Source: an uncultured Candidatus Rokubacteria bacterium
GTDB lineage: Bacteria > Methylomirabilota > Methylomirabilia > Rokubacteriales > DASRDR01
Assembly: GCA_963826115.1 (NCBI GenBank)
Contig: CAWGVS010000012.1
Span: 192,001 to 256,000 of the forward strand
Direction: 5' to 3'
Length of the DNA stretch: 64,000 bases
Shown piece by piece: positions 58,303 to 64,000 of this stretch; positions within the stretch are counted from its first letter, which is position 1; each line of letters starts with the position of its first letter. A program made the position numbers and the translations under genes. A model generated the notes under the pieces. The model did not search any database and had not been told where the DNA came from. It was given only the letters and a program-made list of their open reading frames with translations.

Positions 58303-58776
58303 CTACTGACAGTTCCCGACCCCCTGCCGGAACCGCGCGGGGATCGAGAAGGTCACCGTGAACGTCTTGGTGGCCCCCGGTTGCAGGAGATCCACGTTCT
58401 TCGTCACGGTCAGGTTGACCTGATTCGGTGGCCAGGGCCCCCATCGGATGTTGACGCACTGGCAGTTGAAGAGGCACGGCAGCACATCCAGCTCGGCCGG
58501 CAGCTCGAGCGGCGCCGTCGGCGGGACCAGCGGACCCGCGCCGAACAGTCCGTTCCGGATCTTCCGCCGCTCGGCGTTCGTGGGCGCGGGCACGATGTTC
58601 GTGATGTTGCCGGCGTTCGGCGGGGCCCACTGGAACTGCAGGCGGACGCAGGCGAAGACCTGACAGGAGAGCTGGACCTGAGCCGGCTGGCCGGTGACCG
58701 ACCCGATCGGGGCGGTGTCGCCCTCGCCCTTCCGTCGTCGTCCCCCACGTTCGCGCCGGGTCACCGGACCTCGCAT
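58303..58776 (-). CDS. Orphan Cys-containing hypothetical protein (157 aa)
   Basis: GGAGGAG RBS before ATG 58776; Asn/Gln/Ile-rich composition unlike the GC shadow ORFs; fills the intergenic gap. Confidence 0.65.
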   Translation of the reverse strand: MRGPVTRRERGGRRRKGEGDTAPIGSVTGQPAQVQLSCQVFACVRLQFQWAPPNAGNITNIVPAPTNAERRKIRNGLFGAGPLVPPTAPLELPAELDVLPCLFNCQCVNIRWGPWPPNQVNLTVTKNVDLLQPGATKTFTVTFSIPARFRQGVGNCQ

Positions 58777-58972
58777 GGGCTCCTCCGTGAACGGGCTCGG
58801 AGCGCGGCGCGGCCCTCGACGTCGCATGCCGGCCCACCGCGGCCCGATGATGGGGGCCGCCGACGGGCAGCGTCAAGGCCGCACGCCTCCCGCGGCCGCG
58901 CGCGGGGTAGAATCGCCCCCGGCGTCGCGCCGGGCCCACCGGCCGGCGGGCCACAGCGAACCGGGAGGGTCC

Positions 58973-60118
58973 ATGCGAGTCGGTCGCGTCGAGGCGTTCG
59001 CCGTCCGGTATCCCGAGCCGAACAACGACGGCAAGATCCGCGCGCTGACGCTCGTGCGCGTGGAGACCGACGACGGGCTCGTCGGCTGGGGCGAGGCCAT
59101 CACGGGCGGCCAGGAAACCTCGCTGGCGGTGGCCTTCGTCGTCGAGCGGCGCCTCGCTCCGCTCGTGGTGGGGAGCGACCCGCGCGACGTCGCGGGCGTC
59201 TGGAGCCGGCTGCGCGACGCAACCTTCTGGGACGGCAACGGCGGTCTCGTCACGTTCGGCATCAGCGCCGTCGACATGGCGCTCTGGGACATCGCGGGCA
59301 AGGCCGCGGGGGTCCCGCTCTACCGGCTCCTCGGCGGCAAGCGTCGCGATCGCGTCCCGGCCTGCGCCTCGACCATCTTCGCCACGAACGACCTCGACCG
59401 CGTCGCCCGCGAGTTCCGCGGCTTCGTCGCCGAGGGGTACCGCTACGTGAAGGGCGGCTGGGGCCACGACCTGTCCATCGCCTTCGGAAGCGACGAGCGG
59501 CGCGACCGCGCGATCGCCCGAACCGTGCGCGACGCCATCGGGCCCGACGTCGACATGATCGTGGACGTCGCCGCGCTCATGGGCTGGGACTCGAGCCACG
59601 CCATCCGGATGTGCCGGGCGATCGACGACGAGGTGCGTCTCTACTGGTTCGAGGACCCGCTGGTGGAGCAAGACCTCGACGGCTACCGGCGCCTCCACGC
59701 CGCGGTGGACACGCGCATCTGTACAGGCGAGAAGGGCTGGCACGCGGCGCACTACCGCGGCCTCATCGAGTCGGGCGCGGTCGACGTGATCATGATCGAT
59801 CCAGGCCGGGCGGAAGGCGTGACGGGGGCCTGGCGGGTCATCGAGATGGCGGCGGCCGCCGGGCTCGCGTGGAACGCGCACTCCTGGAGCAGCGCGCTCA
59901 ACACGGCGGCGTCCCTCCACCTGGCGGTCGCGGCGTCCAACACGCTTCTCTTCGAGCTGAAGCCGGTGCCGTCGCCCATGCAGCACGAGCTCGTCACGAA
60001 TCCCATCGGGCACGTGGACGGCTGGGTGGCCGCGCCCGAGCGTCCGGGCCTCGGCGTCACCGTGGACGAGGCGGCGGTGCGCCGGTACCGGTTCCGCGAG
60101 GACGCGCTGGGCCGATGA
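58973..60118 (+). CDS. Mandelate racemase/muconate lactonizing enzyme family protein
   Basis: VRVETDDGLVGWGE, ISAVDMALWDIAGK, MIVD, WFEDP, TGE and NAH motifs. Confidence 0.92.
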   Translation: MRVGRVEAFAVRYPEPNNDGKIRALTLVRVETDDGLVGWGEAITGGQETSLAVAFVVERRLAPLVVGSDPRDVAGVWSRLRDATFWDGNGGLVTFGISAVDMALWDIAGKAAGVPLYRLLGGKRRDRVPACASTIFATNDLDRVAREFRGFVAEGYRYVKGGWGHDLSIAFGSDERRDRAIARTVRDAIGPDVDMIVDVAALMGWDSSHAIRMCRAIDDEVRLYWFEDPLVEQDLDGYRRLHAAVDTRICTGEKGWHAAHYRGLIESGAVDVIMIDPGRAEGVTGAWRVIEMAAAAGLAWNAHSWSSALNTAASLHLAVAASNTLLFELKPVPSPMQHELVTNPIGHVDGWVAAPERPGLGVTVDEAAVRRYRFREDALGR

Positions 60119-60228
60119 GCAGCGCCGGGCCGGGCGGGCCGACCGGACCGCCCACGGCAGAGTAGAATGGCCCCGGCGTCGGACCGGATGGGCGCGGCGT
60201 CATCCGGCGACTCCGAGGAGGAGCGGCC

Positions 60229-61104
60229 ATGGCGAAGTTCGTGATCGAGCCTCACTTCCGGCTCCAGGAGTGGGTGGCCGAGGAGAAGGGTTACTTCGCC
60301 GCCGAGGGGCTCGACTACGTCTTCCGGGAGCTGGTCCAGTCCACGGACGGCCAGATTCACAATCGCGGCGACCGGATCGGCGCGTACCAGTCGCTCGAGG
60401 CGGGCCGGGCGGCCGACGTGAGCTGCGCCTGTCACTGGACGGTCGGTGTCGCCGCCGCCGCCGGTCACGGCAAGCTCTACCCGGAGGCCTACTCCGTGGC
60501 GCCGGCGGGCATCTTCGTCCCCGCCGACTCGCCGGTGCGGAGCCCGGAGCAGCTGGCGGGGGTCCCGATCTCCGTCGGCTACCAGTCGGGCAGCCACTAC
60601 TCGACGATCCAGGCGCTCGAGCCGTACCTCCGCCTCGACCAGCTCCACCTGTCCTTCAACGACGGCATGCTCTTCCGCCGCATGGAGCTCCTCGTCGAGG
60701 GCCAGTCGCCGGCGGCCGCGCTCTTCAGCGGCCCGTACTACTTCGCCGAGCAGCTCGGCTTCCGCAAGATCATCGACACCACGTTCATGATCACGACGAT
60801 GATCCACGGGGAGCCAGACCCCGAGGACGTGCGGCGGTTCTTCCGGGCCCTCCAGCGGGCGCAGCGCGACATCGACGTGCGGCCTGACCTTTACACGCAC
60901 TACTACCGCAAGGAGTTCCCGGTCCGCTTCCACCCGCTCATGGACACGCGGCGGTGGGGTCCGGGCGAGCGGATCGTGTTCGAGCCCTACACCAAGGACG
61001 TCTTCGACCGGACGGTCCAGTGGATCGCCGAGCACGGCATCTTCGCCCCCGGCAGCATGGGCTCGTGCGACTACGAGCAGTCCATCGCGGGCCCGGCGCG
61101 GTAG
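60229..61104 (+). CDS. PBP2/NMT1-THI5-like substrate-binding-fold protein lacking a signal peptide
   Basis: WVAEEKGYFAAEGLD, VPADSPVRSPEQLAG and GSHY; no N-terminal hydrophobic segment. Confidence 0.8.
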   Translation: MAKFVIEPHFRLQEWVAEEKGYFAAEGLDYVFRELVQSTDGQIHNRGDRIGAYQSLEAGRAADVSCACHWTVGVAAAAGHGKLYPEAYSVAPAGIFVPADSPVRSPEQLAGVPISVGYQSGSHYSTIQALEPYLRLDQLHLSFNDGMLFRRMELLVEGQSPAAALFSGPYYFAEQLGFRKIIDTTFMITTMIHGEPDPEDVRRFFRALQRAQRDIDVRPDLYTHYYRKEFPVRFHPLMDTRRWGPGERIVFEPYTKDVFDRTVQWIAEHGIFAPGSMGSCDYEQSIAGPAR

Positions 61105-61123
61105 CCCGCCGGCGGAGGCGCGC

Positions 61124-62413
61124 ATGAGCCCGCCGGGCGAGTGGGACTTCGACGCCGCGGTCATCGGCGGCGGGCCGGGCGGCTCCAGCACGGCGACCGC
61201 CCTCGCGCGCCGCGGGCGGCGGGTCCTCCTCCTGGAGCGGGACCAGTTCCCCCGCTTCCACATCGGGGAGTCCCAGCTGCCCTGGAGCAACGAGATCTTC
61301 GACGCCCTCGGCGTCAAGGAAACGATCGCCGGCGCCGGGTTCGTCCACAAGTGGGGCGCGAGCTTCTCGACGATGGACGGCGCGAACGAGCAGTACGCCG
61401 ACTTCGCCCAGGCCTGGGAGACCCCGACCCCTCAGACCTTCCAGGTGCCGCGGGCGACGTTCGACGATCTGCTCCTCCGCCACTCGGAGAAGAGCGGCGT
61501 GGACGTCCGCGAGCGCCACCGCGCGCTCGAGGCGATCTTCGACACCGGCGGGGTGACGCTCCGGTTCGCCGATCCGGAGGGCGCGGAGCATTCGGTCCGC
61601 GCGGGCGCGATCGTCGACGCCTCCGGCCGGGCCGGGTTCCTCGCCAAGAAGTACGGGCGCCACGCCATGGACCCGCTCCTCCGCAACATCGCGGTGCACT
61701 CCCAGTACGAGAGCATCCCGCGCGCCACGGGACGGCGGGCCGGCGACATCCGGATGTTCACGCGCCCCGACATGGGGTGGATCTGGCTCATCCCGCTGTC
61801 GGACCGCGTGACCAGCGTGGGCGCCGTGATCCCCCAGTCCGTGCACCGCCGCGAGTCGCGCGACACGCCCGAGGCGAGCCTCGCGCACTACATCGAGAGC
61901 ACGCCGGGGGCGGCCCGGCTCATGACGAGCGCCCGGCAGGTGACGCCGGTCCGGTTCGACGCGGACTACTCGTATCTCGGGACGGTCATGGCCGGCGACC
62001 GGTGGGTCACGGTGGGGGACAGCGCCGCCTTCCTCGACCCCATCTTCTCGACCGGGGTCCTGATGGCGATGCAGGGCGGGCTGGACGTCGCGGCCGCGAT
62101 CGACGCCGGGCTCCGCGATGGCGACCTGTCGCGGCGGCGCTTCGCCCCGTACGAGCGCCTCGTGCGGACTCGGTACCGCCACTTCCGACGCTTCGCGGTC
62201 GGCTTCTACAATCCGAACTTCCGAGACCTGTGGTTCAACCGGAGCGAGCGCGGGGGCATCTACGAGTCGGTGCTCTCCGTCCTGGCCGGCAACTATGCCC
62301 CGTCGCTCAGGGTGCGGCTCCGGCTCCACTTCTTCTTCGTGCTGGTCGCCCTCCAGCGCGTGTTCGACATCGCCCCCCGCGGCCCCCGGGCCCCGCAGGA
62401 GCGCGGCCGCTAG
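61124..62413 (+). CDS. Flavin-dependent halogenase-like oxidoreductase
   Basis: IGGGPGG, FPRFHIGES, FVHKWGA, VDASGR, GWIWLIP (WxWxIP) and GDSAAFLDPIFSTG. Confidence 0.85.
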   Translation: MSPPGEWDFDAAVIGGGPGGSSTATALARRGRRVLLLERDQFPRFHIGESQLPWSNEIFDALGVKETIAGAGFVHKWGASFSTMDGANEQYADFAQAWETPTPQTFQVPRATFDDLLLRHSEKSGVDVRERHRALEAIFDTGGVTLRFADPEGAEHSVRAGAIVDASGRAGFLAKKYGRHAMDPLLRNIAVHSQYESIPRATGRRAGDIRMFTRPDMGWIWLIPLSDRVTSVGAVIPQSVHRRESRDTPEASLAHYIESTPGAARLMTSARQVTPVRFDADYSYLGTVMAGDRWVTVGDSAAFLDPIFSTGVLMAMQGGLDVAAAIDAGLRDGDLSRRRFAPYERLVRTRYRHFRRFAVGFYNPNFRDLWFNRSERGGIYESVLSVLAGNYAPSLRVRLRLHFFFVLVALQRVFDIAPRGPRAPQERGR

Positions 62414-62474
62414 GCGACACGGACCCAAGGACGCGGCCGGATGGCCCCGCGGCCGCGACGCGAGGAGGCGAGCG

Positions 62475-62810
62475 GTGGACGCGGTCTCCGACTCGAGCCA
62501 TCTCTACGCGGTCGAGCGCCGGGCCCGGCACGCCGAGCGTCCGGGCTTCCGGATCTCGGAGCTCCAGATCTCCCCCACCCAGCAGGTGCCCTGGCACTAC
62601 CACTCCCGCATCCAGGACACGTTCTACGTCCTCGAGGGCCGGCTCCGGCTCTTCCTGCGCGAGCCCGAGGAAGAGGTGCCCCTCGGGCCCGGGGAGACCT
62701 ACTCGGTCCGTCCCGGGCGCCCGCACCTCGTCACCAACGGGGGCGGCACGTCCGCGACCTTCCTGGTCCTCCAGGGTCTCGGCGAGTACGACTACGTGCC
62801 CTTGCCATGA
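62475..62810 (+). CDS. Cupin domain protein
   Basis: [18 protein letters not shown]...PGRPHLVTN; GAGGAGG RBS before the GTG. Confidence 0.85.
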   Translation: MDAVSDSSHLYAVERRARHAERPGFRISELQISPTQQVPWHYHSRIQDTFYVLEGRLRLFLREPEEEVPLGPGETYSVRPGRPHLVTNGGGTSATFLVLQGLGEYDYVPLP

Positions 62811-63196
62811 CCACGCCCCGCCGCCCCGGCTGGCCACGTCCCGAGGAGCACCGCACGGCCATCGCGACCGACCGCGTGACCACCGCGATGGGCTTCGAGG
62901 GGTACCGCGTCGTGCAGCACCGCGGCGTCGTGCGCGGGATCGTCGTGCGCTCGCGGAGCGTCGTGGGGAGCCTGGGAGCGTCGATCCAGACCCTCTTCGG
63001 CGGGAACATCACGCTCTACACCGAGCTCTGCGAGCACGCCCGGCAGGACGCCTTCGACCTCATGCTGCGGCACGGCGGCGAGGTCGGCGCGAACGCCATC
63101 ATCGGGATGCGGTACGACGCGAACGAGATCGCCCCCGGCGTCACCGAGGTGCTGGCCTACGGCACCGCCGTCGTCATCGAGCCGGCCGGCCGCTGA
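62807..63196 (+). CDS. YbjQ/UPF0145 family protein
   Basis: GYRVV..RGVVRG..VRSR...FGG...[11 protein letters not shown]...EVLAYGTAV. Confidence 0.9.
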   Translation: MTTPRRPGWPRPEEHRTAIATDRVTTAMGFEGYRVVQHRGVVRGIVVRSRSVVGSLGASIQTLFGGNITLYTELCEHARQDAFDLMLRHGGEVGANAIIGMRYDANEIAPGVTEVLAYGTAVVIEPAGR

Positions 63197-63248
63197 CGGT
63201 GCTATGCTCGGCGCGCCGGTCGAGACCGCCGGCCCCGCGGAGGCGCTC

Positions 63249-64000
63249 GTGAACACCAGCTGCGACACGCTCGTCGCCCTCGGCTCCGAGACGCGGAGCG
63301 GGCGGACGCTCTTCGCCAAGAACAGCGACCGCCCGGTCATCGAGTGCCAGCCGCTCCAGGCCGTGCCCGCGGGGCGTCACCCGCCGGGCGCGACGGTCCG
63401 GTGCACCTACCTCGAGATCCCGGAGGCCCCGGAGACGCTCGCGGTCCTGGGCAGCCGCCCCTGGTGGATCTGGGGATTCGAGCACGGCGTCAACGAGGCC
63501 GGCGTCGCGATCGGCAACGAGGCGCTCCACACGCGCGAGACGCCGGCCGAGACCGGCCTCCTCGGCATGGACCTCCTGCGCCTCGGCCTCGAGCGCGGCC
63601 GGACCGCCGACGAGGCCAGGCGCGTGATCACGGACCTGCTCGAGGCGCACGGCCAGGGCGGCAGCGCCCAGCACGGCGGCCGCCGCTACTACCACAACAG
63701 CTTCATCATCGCGGACCCCGGCACCGCGTGGGTGCTCGAGACCTCGGGCCGCCACTGGGTCGCGCGCCGAGTCCGGGGACGGGCGGCGATCTCCAACCTT
63801 GCCACGATCGGCGACGACTGGGACAACGCCTCGCGGGGGATCGAGGCCTACGCGGCGGAACGCGGGTGGTGGACGCCAACGCCGGGCCGCCGCTTCGACT
63901 TCCGCGCCGCCTTCGAGAACCCCGAGCCGCGCTACCGGGCGGAGGCGCGCTACGACGCGCACTGTCGGTTCCTGGCCGCCGTCGGCCGCCCCGACGTGCC
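63249..64000 (+). CDS. C69 family dipeptidase/secernin-like Ntn hydrolase (3'-truncated by the window end)
   Basis: Translated by eye: SCDTLVALG...LFAKNSDRP, WIWGFEHGVNEAGVAIGNE, LLGMDLLRLGLER and YHNSFIIAD. Confidence 0.88.
   Translation, partial: MNTSCDTLVALGSETRSGRTLFAKNSDRPVIECQPLQAVPAGRHPPGATVRCTYLEIPEAPETLAVLGSRPWWIWGFEHGVNEAGVAIGNEALHTRETPAETGLLGMDLLRLGLERGRTADEARRVITDLLEAHGQGGSAQHGGRRYYHNSFIIADPGTAWVLETSGRHWVARRVRGRAAISNLATIGDDWDNASRGIEAYAAERGWWTPTPGRRFDFRAAFENPEPRYRAEARYDAHCRFLAAVGRPDV

Overview
Very GC-rich bacterial chromosomal segment. The gene content and a fossil of a lineage-expanded ABC substrate-binding family suggest Rokubacteria/Methylomirabilota (inference). It holds about 60 genes, one tRNA-Phe(GAA), no CRISPR array and no intact mobile element. 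From left to right: (1) a six-gene synthase-dependent exopolysaccharide-like operon (hydrolase-like protein, TPR+YaiO-like barrel, HEAT protein, GT2, hybrid histidine kinase, response regulator) broken by +1 frameshifts that are probably read errors; (2) tRNA-Phe with a degenerate att-like copy 2 kb downstream, followed by a decayed island with an IS91-like relic, three outer-membrane barrels including a Pro/Gly-repeat autotransporter, and several gene fossils; (3) class I FBA, PPi-PFK and a histidine phosphatase; (4) the best novelty candidate, a tandem array of [signal-less S8 peptidase + ~144-aa partner ending in a C-x12-C hairpin motif] with two intact units and the stump of a third partner gene; (5) a decaying PaaK-like/methyltransferase/glycosyltransferase locus and an FMO; (6) a transketolase-like protein with a non-canonical ThDP motif; (7) a sulfotransferase/GT4 glycan operon; (8) TfdA-like dioxygenase, LarA, octaheme cytochrome-TPR, CVNH lipoprotein, enolase-family enzyme, halogenase-like protein and a partial C69 peptidase. 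Family calls come from motif recognition by eye; no database searches were run.
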